A stretch of 64,000 bases of DNA from Yuukianura sp. NJ FZ-2021 (lineage: Eukaryota): assembly GCA_046563655.1 (NCBI GenBank), contig CM102283.1, forward strand, positions 9,982,001 to 10,046,000, given 5' to 3'. Position 1 is the stretch's first letter; each line of letters begins with the position of its first letter. A program made the translations under genes and the position numbers. The notes below the pieces were generated by a model. The model searched no databases and was not told the DNA's origin. It was given only the letters and a program-made list of their open reading frames with translations. This document shows, piece by piece, positions 23,201-38,200 of the stretch.

Positions 23201-26200
23201 TGCTACTTGCATGAGGTCGTCATAAGACCAAATGGCAACATTTGAAGCCCCGTCACACTTTACCCTTTGCCTCTGGAGGGCTGAAAATTGGTACAAATGA
23301 TCACAACATCTTCCCTGACAATTGCATCAAATTTAATTCATTTCGAAAAAAGTGGCGTTCTCATTTAGTTTTTTCCCAAAACAATTTTGGCAAACCCCTC
23401 CTTATGGACTTTTCTATACAGAAATTGTAGACCTCTAGAGTACCCATGTCTTACGTCATACATAGCAACATATATACATTTTCTGAATCAGGAAGTCAAG
23501 CCCTTTCCAACGATATGCTACTTGCATGAGGTCGTCATAAGACCAAATGGCAACATTTGAAGCCCCGTCACACTTTACCCTTTGCCTCTGGAGGGCTGAA
23601 AATTGGTACAAATGATCACAACATCTTCCCTGACAATTGCATCAAATTTAATTCATTTCGAAAAAAGTGGCGTTCTCATTTAGTTTTTTCCCAAAACAAT
23701 TTTGGCAAACCCCTCCTTATGGACTTTTCTATACAGAAATTGTAGACCTCTAGAGTACCCATGTCTTACGTCATACATAGCAACATATATACATTTTCTG
23801 AATCAGGAAGTCAAGCCCTTTCCAACGATATGCTACTTGCATGAGGTCGTCATAAGACCAAATGGCAACATTTGAAGCCCCGTCACACTTTACCCTTTGC
23901 CTCTGGAGGGCTGAAAATTGGTACAAATGATCACAACATCTTCCCTGACAATTGCATCAAATTTAATTCATTTCGAAAAAAGTGGCGTTCTCATTTAGTT
24001 TTTTCCCAAAACAATTTTGGCAAACCCCTCCTTATGGACTTTTCTATACAGAAATTGTAGACCTCTAGAGTACCCATGTCTTACGTCATACATAGCAACA
24101 TATATACATTTTCTGAATCAGGAAGTCAAGCCCTTTCCAACGATATGCTACTTGCATGAGGTCGTCATAAGACCAAATGGCAACATTTGAAGCCCCGTCA
24201 CACTTTACCCTTTGCCTCTGAAGGGCTGAAAATTGGTACAAATGATCACAACATCTTCCCTGACAATTGCATCAAATTTAATTCATTTCGAAAAAGTGGC
24301 GTTCTCATTTAGTTTTTTCCCAAAACAATTTTGGCAAACCCCTCCTTATGGACTTTTCTATACAGAAATTGTAGACCTCTAGAGTACCCATGTCTTACGT
24401 CATACATAGCAACATATATACATTTTCTGAATCAGGAAGTCAAGCCCTTTCCAACGATATGCTACTTGCATGAGGTCGTCATAAGACCAAATGGCAACAT
24501 TTGAAGCCCCGTCACACTTTACCCTTTGCCTCTGAAGGGCTGAAAATTGGTACAAATGATCACAACATCTTCCCTGACAATTGCATCAAATTTAATTCAT
24601 TTCGAAAAAAGTGGCGTTCTCATTTAGTTTTTTCCCAAAACAATTTTGGCAAACCCCTCCTTATGGACTTTTCTATACAGAAATTGTAGACCTCTAGAGT
24701 ACCCATGTCTTACGTCATACATAGCAACATATATACATTTTCTGATTCAGGAAGTCAAGCCCTTTCCAACGATATGCTACTTGCATGAGGTCGTCATAAG
24801 ACCAAATGGCAACATTTGAAGCCCCGTCACACTTTACCCTTTGCTTCTGGAGGGCTGAAAATTGGTACAAATGATCACAACATCTTCCCTGACAATTGCA
24901 TCAAATTTAATTCATTTCGAAAAAAGTGGCGTTCTCATTTAGTTTTTTCCCAAAACAATTTTGGCAAACCCCTCCTTATGGACTTTTCTATACAGAAATT
25001 GTAGACCTCTAGAGTACCCATGTCTTACGTCATACATAGCAACATATATACATTTTCTGAATCAGGAAGTCAAGCCCTTTCCAACGATATGCTACTTGCA
25101 TGAGGTCGTCATAAGACCAAATGGCAACATTTGAAGCCCCGTCACACTTTACCCTTTGCCTCTGGAGGGCTGAAAATTGGTACAAATGATCACAACATCT
25201 TCCCTGACAATTGCATCAAATTTAATTCATTTCGAAAAAAGTGGCGTTCTCATTTAGTTTTTTCCCAAAACAATTTTGGCAAACCCCTCCTTATGGACTT
25301 TTCTATACAGAAATTGTAGACCTCTAGAGTACCCATGTCTTACGTCATACATAGCAACATATATACATTTTCTGAATTCTGGAAGTCAAGCCCTTTCCAA
25401 CGATATGCTACTTGCATGAGGTCGTCATAAGACCAAATGGCAACATTTGAAGCCCCGTCACACTTTACCCTTTGCTTCTGGAGGGCTGAAAATTGGTACA
25501 AATGATCACAACATCTTCCCTGACAATTGCATCAAATTTAATTCATTTCGAAAAAAGTGGCGTTCTCATTTAGTTTTTTCCCAAAACAATTTTGGCAAAC
25601 CCCTCCTTATGGACTTTTCTATACAGAAATTGTAGACCTCTAGAGTACCCATGTCTTACGTCATACATAGCAACATATATACATTTTCTGAATCAGGAAG
25701 TCAAGCCCTTTCCAACGATATGCTACTTGCATGAGGTCGTCATAAGACCAAATGGCAACATTTGAAGCCCCGTCACACTTTACCCTTTGCCTCTGAAGGG
25801 CTGAAAATTGGTACAAATGATCACAACATCTTCCCTGACAATTGCATCAAATTTAATTCATTTCGAAAAAAGTGGCGTTCTCATTTAGTTTTTTCCCAAA
25901 ACAATTTTGGCAAACCCCTCCTTATGGACTTTTCTATACAGAAATTGTAGACCTCTAGAGTACCCATGTCTTACGTCATACATAGCAACATATATACATT
26001 TTCTGAATCAGGAAGTCAAGCCCTTTCCAACGATATGCTACTTGCATGAGGTCGTCATAAGACCAAATGGCAACATTTGAAGCCCCGTCACACTTTACCC
26101 TTTGCCTCTGGAGGGCTGAAAATTGGTACAAATGATCACAACATCTTCCCTGACAATTGCATCAAATTTAATTCATTTCGAAAAAAGTGGCGTTCTCATT

Positions 26201-29200
26201 TAGTTTTTTCCCAAAACAATTTTGGCAAACCCCTCCTTATGGACTTTTCTATACAGAAATTGTAGACCTCTAGAGTACCCATGTCTTACGTCATACATAG
26301 CAACATATATACATTTTCTGATTCTGGAAGTCAAGCCCTTTCCAACGATATGCTACTTGCATGAGGTCGTCATAAGACCAAATGGCAACATTTGAAGCCC
26401 CGTCACACTTTACCCTTTGCTTCTGGAGGGCTGAAAATTGGTACAAATGATCACAACATCTTCCCTGACAATTGCATCAAATTTAATTCATTTCGAAAAA
26501 AGTGGCGTTCTCATTTAGTTTTTTCCCAAAACAATTTTGGCAAACCCCTCCTTATGGACTTTTCTATACAGAAATTGTAGACCTCTAGAGTACCCATGTC
26601 TTACGTCATACATAGCAACGTATATACATTTTCTGAATCAGGAAGTCAAGCCCTTTCCAACGATATGCTACTTGCATGAGGTCGTCATAAGACCAAATGG
26701 CAACATTTGAAGCCCCGTCACACTTTACCCTTTGCCTCTGGAGGGCTGAAAATTGGTACAAATGATCACAACATCTTCCCTGACAATTGCATCAAATTTA
26801 ATTCATTTCGAAAAAAGTGGCGTTCTCATTTAGTTTTTTCCCAAAACAATTTTGGCAAACCCCTCCTTATGGACTTTTCTATACAGAAATTGTAGACCTC
26901 TAGAGTACCCATGTCTTACGTCATACATAGCAACATATATACATTTTCTGAATTCTGGAAGTCAAGCCCTTTCCAACGATATGCTACTTGCATGAGGTCG
27001 TCATAAGACCAAATGGCAACATTTGAAGCCCCGTCACACTTTACCCTTTGCCTCTGAAGGGCTGAAAATTGGTACAAATGATCACAACATCTTCCCTGAC
27101 AATTGCATCAAATTTAATTCATTTCGAAAAAAGTGGCGTTCTCATTTAGTTTTTTCCCAAAACAATTTTGGCAAACCCCTCCTTATGGACTTTTCTATAC
27201 AGAAATTGTAGACCTCTAGAGTACCCATGTCTTACGTCATACATAGCAACATATATACATTTTCTGAATCAGGAAGTCAAGCCCTTTCCAACGATATGCT
27301 ACTTGCATGAGGTCGTCATAAGACCAAATGGCAACATTTGAAGCCCCGTCACACTTTACCCTTTGCCTCTGGAAGGGCTGAAAATTGGTACAAATGATCA
27401 CAACATCTTCCCTGACAATTGCATCAAATTTAATTCATTTCGAAAAAAGTGGCGTTCTCATTTAGTTTTTTCCCAAAACAATTTTGGCAAACCCCTCCTT
27501 ATGGACTTTTCTATACAGAAATTGTAGACCTCTAGAGTACCCATGTCTTACGTCATACATAGCAACATATATACATTTTCTGATTCTGGAAGTCAAGCCC
27601 TTTCCAACGATATGCTACTTGCATGAGGTCGTCATAAGACCAAATGGCAACATTTGAAGCCCCGTCACACTTTACCCTTTGCTTCTGGAGGGCTGAAAAT
27701 TGGTACAAATGATCACAACATCTTCCCTGACAATTGCATCAAATTTAATTCATTTCGAAAAAAGTGGCGTTCTCATTTAGTTTTTTCCCAAAACAATTTT
27801 GGCAAACCCCTCCTTATGGACTTTTCTATACAGAAATTGTAGACCTCTAGAGTACCCATGTCTTACGTCATACATAGCAACGTATATACATTTTCTGAAT
27901 CAGGAAGTCAAGCCCTTTCCAACGATATGCTACTTGCATGAGGTCGTCATAAGACCAAATGGCAACATTTGAAGCCCCGTCACACTTTACCCTTTGCCTC
28001 TGGAGGGCTGAAAATTGGTACAAATGATCACAACATCTTCCCTGACAATTGCATCAAATTTAATTCATTTCGAAAAAAGTGGCGTTCTCATTTAGTTTTT
28101 TCCCAAAACAATTTTGGCAAACCCCTCCTTATGGACTTTTCTATACAGAAATTGTAGACCTCTAGAGTACCCATGTCTTACGTCATACATAGCAACATAT
28201 ATACATTTTCTGATTCTGGAAGTCAAGCCCTTTCCAACGATATGCTACTTGCATGAGGTCGTCATAAGACCAAATGGCAACATTTGAAGCCCCGTCACAC
28301 TTTACCCTTTGCTTCTGGAGGGCTGAAAATTGGTACAAATGATCACAACATCTTCCCTGACAATTGCATCAAATTTAATTCATTTCGAAAAAAGTGGCGT
28401 TCTCATTTAGTTTTTTCCCAAAACAATTTTGGCAAACCCCTCCTTATGGACTTTTCTATACAGAAATTGTAGACCTCTAGAGTACCCATGTCTTACGTCA
28501 TACATAGCAACATATATACATTTTCTGAATCAGGAAGTCAAGCCCTTTCCAACGATATGCTACTTGCATGAGGTCGTCATAAGACCAAATGGCAACATTT
28601 GAAGCCCCGTCACACTTTACCCTTTGCCTCTGGAAGGGCTGAAAATTGGTACAAATGATCACAACATCTTCCCTGACAATTGCATCAAATTTAATTCATT
28701 TCGAAAAAAGTGGCGTTCTCATTTAGTTTTTTCCCAAAACAATTTTGGCAAACCCCTCCTTATGGACTTTTCTATACAGAAATTGTAGACCTCTAGAGTA
28801 CCCATGTCTTACGTCATACATAGCAACATATATACATTTTCTGAATCAGGAAGTCAAGCCCTTTCCAACGATATGCTACTTGCATGAGGTCGTCATAAGA
28901 CCAAATGGCAACATTTGAAGCCCCGTCACACTTTACCCTTTGCCTCTGGAGGGCTGAAAATTGGTACAAATGATCACAACATCTTCCCTGACAATTGCAT
29001 CAAATTTAATTCATTTCGAAAAAAGTGGCGTTCTCATTTAGTTTTTTCCCAAAACAATTTTGGCAAACCCCTCCTTATGGACTTTTCTATACAGAAATTG
29101 TAGACCTCTAGAGTACCCATGTCTTACGTCATACATAGCAACATATATACATTTTCTGATTCTGGAAGTCAAGCCCTTTCCAACGATATGCTACTTGCAT

Positions 29201-32200
29201 GAGGTCGTCATAAGACCAAATGGCAACATTTGAAGCCCCGTCACACTTTACCCTTTGCTTCTGGAGGGCTGAAAATTGGTACAAATGATCACAACATCTT
29301 CCCTGACAATTGCATCAAATTTAATTCATTTCGAAAAAAGTGGCGTTCTCATTTAGTTTTTTCCCAAAACAATTTTGGCAAACCCCTCCTTATGGACTTT
29401 TCTATACAGAAATTGTAGACCTCTAGAGTACCCATGTCTTACGTCATACATAGCAACGTATATACATTTTCTGAATCAGGAAGTCAAGCCCTTTCCAACG
29501 ATATGCTACTTGCATGAGGTCGTCATAAGACCAAATGGCAACATTTGAAGCCCCGTCACACTTTACCCTTTGCCTCTGAAGGGCTGAAAATTGGTACAAA
29601 TGATCACAACATCTTCCCTGACAATTGCATCAAATTTAATTCATTTCGAAAAAAGTGGCGTTCTCATTTAGTTTTTTCCCAAAACAATTTTGGCAAACCC
29701 CTCCTTATGGACTTTTCTATACAGAAATTGTAGACCTCTAGAGTACCCATGTCTTACGTCATACATAGCAACATATATACATTTTCTGAATCAGGAAGTC
29801 AAGCCCTTTCCAACGATATGCTACTTGCATGAGGTCGTCATAAGACCAAATGGCAACATTTGAAGCCCCGTCACACTTTACCCTTTGCCTCTGGAGGGCT
29901 GAAAATTGGTACAAATGATCACAACATCTTCCCTGACAATTGCATCAAATTTAATTCATTTCGAAAAAAGTGGCGTTCTCATTTAGTTTTTTCCCAAAAC
30001 AATTTTGGCAAACCCCTCCTTATGGACTTTTCTATACAGAAATTGTAGACCTCTAGAGTACCCATGTCTTACGTCATACATAGCAACATATATACATTTT
30101 CTGATTCTGGAAGTCAAGCCCTTTCCAACGATATGCTACTTGCATGAGGTCGTCATAAGACCAAATGGCAACATTTGAAGCCCCGTCACACTTTACCCTT
30201 TCCTTCTGGAGGGCTAAAAATTGGTACAAGTGATCACAACATCTTCCCTGACAATTGCATCAAGTTTAATTCATTTCGAAAAAAGTAGCGTTCTCATTTG
30301 GTTTTTCCCAAAACAATTTTGGCAAACCCCTCCTTATGGACTTTTCTATACAGAAATTGTAGACCTCTAGAGTACCCATGTCTTACGTCATACATAGCAA
30401 CGTATATACATTTTCTGAATCAGGAAGTCAAGCCCTTTCCAACGATATGCTACTTGCATGAGGTCGTCATAAGACCAAATGGCAACATTTGAAGCCCCGT
30501 CACACTTTACCCTTTGCCTCTGGAGGGCTGAAAATTGGTACAAATGATCACAACATCTTCCCTGACAATTGCATCAAATTTAATTCATTTCGAAAAAAGT
30601 GGCGTTCTCATTTAGTTTTTTCCCAAAACAATTTTGGCAAACCCCTCCTTATGGACTTTTCTATACAGAAATTGTAGACCTCTAGAGTACCCATGTCTTA
30701 CGTCATACATAGCAACATATATACATTTTCTGATTCTGGAAGTCAAGCCCTTTCCAACGATATGCTACTTGCATGAGGTCGTCATAAGACCAAATGGCAA
30801 CATTTGAAGCCCCGTCACACTTTACCCTTTGCCTCTGAAGGGCTGAAAATTGGTACAAATGATCACAACATCTTCCCTGACAATTGCATCAAATTTAATT
30901 CATTTCGAAAAAAGTGGCGTTCTCATTTAGTTTTTTCCCAAAACAATTTTGGCAAACCCCTCCTTATGGACTTTTCTATACAGAAATTGTAGACCTCTAG
31001 AGTACCCATGTCTTACGTCATACATAGCAACATATATACATTTTCTGAATCAGGAAGTCAAGCCCTTTCCAACGATATGCTACTTGCATGAGGTCGTCAT
31101 AAGACCAAATGGCAACATTTGAAGCCCCGTCACACTTTACCCTTTGCCTCTGAAGGGCTGAAAATTGGTACAAATGATCACAACATCTTCCCTGACAATT
31201 GCATCAAATTTAATTCATTTCGAAAAAAGTGGCGTTCTCATTTAGTTTTTTCCCAAAACAATTTTGGCAAACCCCTCCTTATGGACTTTTCTATACAGAA
31301 ATTGTAGACCTCTAGAGTACCCATGTCTTACGTCATACATAGCAACATATATACATTTTCTGATTCTGGAAGTCAAGCCCTTTCCAACGATATGCTACTT
31401 GCATGAGGTCGTCATAAGACCAAATGGCAACATTTGAAGCCCCGTCACACTTTACCCTTTGCCTCTGAAGGGCTGAAAATTGGTACAAATGATCACAACA
31501 TCTTCCCTGACAATTGCATCAAATTTAATTCATTTCGAAAAAAGTGGCGTTCTCATTTAGTTTTTTCCCAAAACAATTTTGGCAAACCCCTCCTTATGGA
31601 CTTTTCTATACAGAAATTGTAGACCTCTAGAGTACCCATGTCTTACGTCATACATAGCAACATATATACATTTTCTGAATCAGGAAGTCAAGCCCTTTCC
31701 AACGATATGCTACTTGCATGAGGTCGTCATAAGACCAAATGGCAACATTTGAAGCCCCGTCACACTTTACCCTTTGCCTCTGAAGGGCTGAAAATTGGTA
31801 CAAATGATCACAACATCTTCCCTGACAATTGCATCAAATTTAATTCATTTCGAAAAAAGTGGCGTTCTCATTTAGTTTTTTCCCAAAACAATTTTGGCAA
31901 ACCCCTCCTTATGGACTTTTCTATACAGAAATTGTAGACCTCTAGAGTACCCATGTCTTACGTCATACATAGCAACATATATACATTTTCTGATTCTGGA
32001 AGTCAAGCCCTTTCCAACGATATGCTACTTGCATGAGGTCGTCATAAGACCAAATGGCAACATTTGAAGCCCCGTCACACTTTACCCTTTGCTTCTGGAG
32101 GGCTGAAAATTGGTACAAATGATCACAACATCTTCCCTGACAATTGCATCAAATTTAATTCATTTCGAAAAAAGTGGCGTTCTCATTTAGTTTTTTCCCA

Positions 32201-35200
32201 AAACAATTTTGGCAAACCCCTCCTTATGGACTTTTCTATACAGAAATTGTAGACCTCTAGAGTACCCATGTCTTACGTCATACATAGCAACGTATATACA
32301 TTTTCTGAATCAGGAAGTCAAGCCCTTTCCAACGATATGCTACTTGCATGAGGTCGTCATAAGACCAAATGGCAACATTTGAAGCCCCGTCACACTTTAC
32401 CCTTTGCCTCTGGAGGGCTGAAAATTGGTACAAATGATCACAACATCTTCCCTGACAATTGCATCAAATTTAATTCATTTCGAAAAAAGTGGCGTTCTCA
32501 TTTAGTTTTTTCCCAAAACAATTTTGGCAAACCCCTCCTTATGGACTTTTCTATACAGAAATTGTAGACCTCTAGAGTACCCATGTCTTACGTCATACAT
32601 AGCAACATATATACATTTTCTGATTCTGGAAGTCAAGCCCTTTCCAACGATATGCTACTTGCATGAGGTCGTCATAAGACCAAATGGCAACATTTGAAGC
32701 CCCGTCACACTTTACCCTTTGCTTCTGGAGGGCTGAAAATTGGTACAAATGATCACAACATCTTCCCTGACAATTGCATCAAATTTAATTCATTTCGAAA
32801 AAAGTGGCGTTCTCATTTAGTTTTTTCCCAAAACAATTTTGGCAAACCCCTCCTTATGGACTTTTCTATACAGAAATTGTAGACCTCTAGAGTACCCATG
32901 TCTTACGTCATACATAGCAACATATATACATTTTCTGAATCAGGAAGTCAAGCCCTTTCCAACGATATGCTACTTGCATGAGGTCGTCATAAGACCAAAT
33001 GGCAACATTTGAAGCCCCGTCACACTTTACCCTTTGCCTCTGAAGGGCTGAAAATTGGTACAAATGATCACAACATCTTCCCTGACAATTGCATCAAATT
33101 TAATTCATTTCGAAAAAAGTGGCGTTCTCATTTAGTTTTTTCCCAAAACAATTTTGGCAAACCCCTCCTTATGGACTTTTCTATACAGAAATTGTAGACC
33201 TCTAGAGTACCCATGTCTTACGTCATACATAGCAACATATATACATTTTCTGATTCTGGAAGTCAAGCCCTTTCCAACGATATGCTACTTGCATGAGGTC
33301 GTCATAAGACCAAATGGCAACATTTGAAGCCCCGTCACACTTTACCCTTTGCCTCTGAAGGGCTGAAAATTGGTACAAATGATCACAACATCTTCCCTGA
33401 CAATTGCATCAAATTTAATTCATTTCGAAAAAAGTGGCGTTCTCATTTAGTTTTTTCCCAAAACAATTTTGGCAAACCCCTCCTTATGGACTTTTCTATA
33501 CAGAAATTGTAGACCTCTAGAGTACCCATGTCTTACGTCATACATAGCAACATATATACATTTTCTGAATCAGGAAGTCAAGCCCTTTCCAACGATATGC
33601 TACTTGCATGAGGTCGTCATAAGACCAAATGGCAACATTTGAAGCCCCGTCACACTTTACCCTTTGCCTCTGAAGGGCTGAAAATTGGTACAAATGATCA
33701 CAACATCTTCCCTGACAATTGCATCAAATTTAATTCATTTCGAAAAAAGTGGCGTTCTCATTTAGTTTTTTCCCAAAACAATTTTGGCAAACCCCTCCTT
33801 ATGGACTTTTCTATACAGAAATTGTAGACCTCTAGAGTACCCATGTCTTACGTCATACATAGCAACATATATACATTTTCTGATTCTGGAAGTCAAGCCC
33901 TTTCCAACGATATGCTACTTGCATGAGGTCGTCATAAGACCAAATGGCAACATTTGAAGCCCCGTCACACTTTACCCTTTGCCTCTGAAGGGCTGAAAAT
34001 TGGTACAAATGATCACAACATCTTCCCTGACAATTGCATCAAATTTAATTCATTTCGAAAAAAGTGGCGTTCTCATTTAGTTTTTTCCCAAAACAATTTT
34101 GGCAAACCCCTCCTTATGGACTTTTCTATACAGAAATTGTAGACCTCTAGAGTACCCATGTCTTACGTCATACATAGCAACATATATACATTTTCTGAAT
34201 CAGGAAGTCAAGCCCTTTCCAACGATATGCTACTTGCATGAGGTCGTCATAAGACCAAATGGCAACATTTGAAGCCCCGTCACACTTTACCCTTTGCCTC
34301 TGAAGGGCTGAAAATTGGTACAAATGATCACAACATCTTCCCTGACAATTGCATCAAATTTAATTCATTTCGAAAAAAGTGGCGTTCTCATTTAGTTTTT
34401 CCCAAAACAATTTTGGCAAACCCCTCCTTATGGACTTTTCTATACAGAAATTGTAGACCTCTAGAGTACCCATGTCTTACGTCATACATAGCAACATATA
34501 TACATTTTCTGATTCTGGAAGTCAAGCCCTTTCCAACGATATGCTACTTGCATGAGGTCGTCATAAGACCAAATGGCAACATTTGAAGCCCCGTCACACT
34601 TTACCCTTTGCTTCTGGAGGGCTGAAAATTGGTACAAATGATCACAACATCTTCCCTGACAATTGCATCAAATTTAATTCATTTCGAAAAAAGTGGCGTT
34701 CTCATTTAGTTTTTTCCCAAAACAATTTTGGCAAACCCCTCCTTATGGACTTTTCTATACAGAAATTGTAGACCTCTAGAGTACCCATGTCTTACGTCAT
34801 ACATAGCAACGTATATACATTTTCTGAATCAGGAAGTCAAGCCCTTTCCAACGATATGCTACTTGCATGAGGTCGTCATAAGACCAAATGGCAACATTTG
34901 AAGCCCCGTCACACTTTACCCTTTGCCTCTGGAGGGCTGAAAATTGGTACAAATGATCACAACATCTTCCCTGACAATTGCATCAAATTTAATTCATTTC
35001 GAAAAAAGTGGCGTTCTCATTTAGTTTTTTCCCAAAACAATTTTGGCAAACCCCTCCTTATGGACTTTTCTATACAGAAATTGTAGACCTCTAGAGTACC
35101 CATGTCTTACGTCATACATAGCAACATATATACATTTTCTGATTCTGGAAGTCAAGCCCTTTCCAACGATATGCTACTTGCATGAGGTCGTCATAAGACC

Positions 35201-38200
35201 AAATGGCAACATTTGAAGCCCCGTCACACTTTACCCTTTGCTTCTGGAGGGCTGAAAATTGGTACAAATGATCACAACATCTTCCCTGACAATTGCATCA
35301 AATTTAATTCATTTCGAAAAAAGTGGCGTTCTCATTTAGTTTTTTCCCAAAACAATTTTGGCAAACCCCTCCTTATGGACTTTTCTATACAGAAATTGTA
35401 GACCTCTAGAGTACCCATGTCTTACGTCATACATAGCAACATATATACATTTTCTGAATCAGGAAGTCAAGCCCTTTCCAACGATATGCTACTTGCATGA
35501 GGTCGTCATAAGACCAAATGGCAACATTTGAAGCCCCGTCACACTTTACCCTTTGCCTCTGAAGGGCTGAAAATTGGTACAAATGATCACAACATCTTCC
35601 CTGACAATTGCATCAAATTTAATTCATTTCGAAAAAAGTGGCGTTCTCATTTAGTTTTTTCCCAAAACAATTTTGGCAAACCCCTCCTTATGGACTTTTC
35701 TATACAGAAATTGTAGACCTCTAGAGTACCCATGTCTTACGTCATACATAGCAACATATATACATTTTCTGAATCAGGAAGTCAAGCCCTTTCCAACGAT
35801 ATGCTACTTGCATGAGGTCGTCATAAGACCAAATGGCAACATTTGAAGCCCCGTCACACTTTACCCTTTGCCTCTGGAGGGCTGAAAATTGGTACAAATG
35901 ATCACAACATCTTCCCTGACAATTGCATCAAATTTAATTCATTTCGAAAAAAGTGGCGTTCTCATTTAGTTTTTTCCCAAAACAATTTTGGCAAACCCCT
36001 CCTTATGGACTTTTCTATACAGAAATTGTAGACCTCTAGAGTACCCATGTCTTACGTCATACATAGCAACATATATACATTTTCTGATTCTGGAAGTCAA
36101 GCCCTTTCCAACGATATGCTACTTGCATGAGGTCGTCATAAGACCAAATGGCAACATTTGAAGCCCCGTCACACTTTACCCTTTGCTTCTGGAGGGCTGA
36201 AAATTGGTACAAATGATCACAACATCTTCCCTGACAATTGCATCAAATTTAATTCATTTCGAAAAAAGTGGCGTTCTCATTTAGTTTTTTCCCAAAACAA
36301 TTTTGGCAAACCCCTCCTTATGGACTTTTCTATACAGAAATTGTAGACCTCTAGAGTACCCATGTCTTACGTCATACATAGCAACGTATATACATTTTCT
36401 GAATCAGGAAGTCAAGCCCTTTCCAACGATATGCTACTTGCATGAGGTCGTCATAAGACCAAATGGCAACATTTGAAGCCCCGTCACACTTTACCCTTTG
36501 CCTCTGGAGGGCTGAAAATTGGTACAAATGATCACAACATCTTCCCTGACAATTGCATCAAATTTAATTCATTTCGAAAAAAGTGGCGTTCTCATTTAGT
36601 TTTTTCCCAAAACAATTTTGGCAAACCCCTCCTTATGGACTTTTCTATACAGAAATTGTAGACCTCTAGAGTACCCATGTCTTACGTCATACATAGCAAC
36701 ATATATACATTTTCTGATTCTGGAAGTCAAGCCCTTTCCAACGATATGCTACTTGCATGAGGTCGTCATAAGACCAAATGGCAACATTTGAAGCCCCGTC
36801 ACACTTTACCCTTTGCTTCTGGAGGGCTGAAAATTGGTACAAATGATCACAACATCTTCCCTGACAATTGCATCAAATTTAATTCATTTCGAAAAAAGTG
36901 GCGTTCTCATTTAGTTTTTTCCCAAAACAATTTTGGCAAACCCCTCCTTATGGACTTTTCTATACAGAAATTGTAGACCTCTAGAGTACCCATGTCTTAC
37001 GTCATACATAGCAACATATATACATTTTCTGAATCAGGAAGTCAAGCCCTTTCCAACGATATGCTACTTGCATGAGGTCGTCATAAGACCAAATGGCAAC
37101 ATTTGAAGCCCCGTCACACTTTACCCTTTGCCTCTGAAGGGCTGAAAATTGGTACAAATGATCACAACATCTTCCCTGACAATTGCATCAAATTTAATTC
37201 ATTTCGAAAAAAGTGGCGTTCTCATTTAGTTTTTTCCCAAAACAATTTTGGCAAACCCCTCCTTATGGACTTTTCTATACAGAAACTTGTAGACCTCTAG
37301 AGTACCCATGTCTTACGTCATACATAGCAACATATATACATTTTCTGATTCTGGAAGTCAAGCCCTTTCCAACGATATGCTACTTGCATGAGGTCGTCAT
37401 AAGACCAAATGGCAACATTTGAAGCCCCGTCACACTTTACCCTTTGCTTCTGGAGGGCTGAAAATTGGTACAAATGATCACAACATCTTCCCTGACAATT
37501 GCATCAAATTTAATTCATTTCGAAAAAAGTGGCGTTCTCATTTAGTTTTTTCCCAAAACAATTTTGGCAAACCCCTCCTTATGGACTTTTCTATACAGAA
37601 ATTGTAGACCTCTAGAGTACCCATGTCTTACGTCATACATAGCAACGTATATACATTTTCTGAATCAGGAAGTCAAGCCCTTTCCAACGATATGCTACTT
37701 GCATGAGGTCGTCATAAGACCAAATGGCAACATTTGAAGCCCCGTCACACTTTACCCTTTGCCTCTGGAGGGCTGAAAATTGGTACAAATGATCACAACA
37801 TCTTCCCTGACAATTGCATCAAATTTAATTCATTTCGAAAAAAGTGGCGTTCTCATTTAGTTTTTTCCCAAAACAATTTTGGCAAACCCCTCCTTATGGA
37901 CTTTTCTATACAGAAATTGTAGACCTCTAGAGTACCCATGTCTTACGTCATACATAGCAACATATATACATTTTCTGATTCTGGAAGTCAAGCCCTTTCC
38001 AACGATATGCTACTTGCATGAGGTCGTCATAAGACCAAATGGCAACATTTGAAGCCCCGTCACACTTTACCCTTTGCTTCTGGAGGGCTGAAAATTGGTA
38101 CAAATGATCACAACATCTTCCCTGACAATTGCATCAAATTTAATTCATTTCGAAAAAAGTGGCGTTCTCATTTAGTTTTTTCCCAAAACAATTTTGGCAA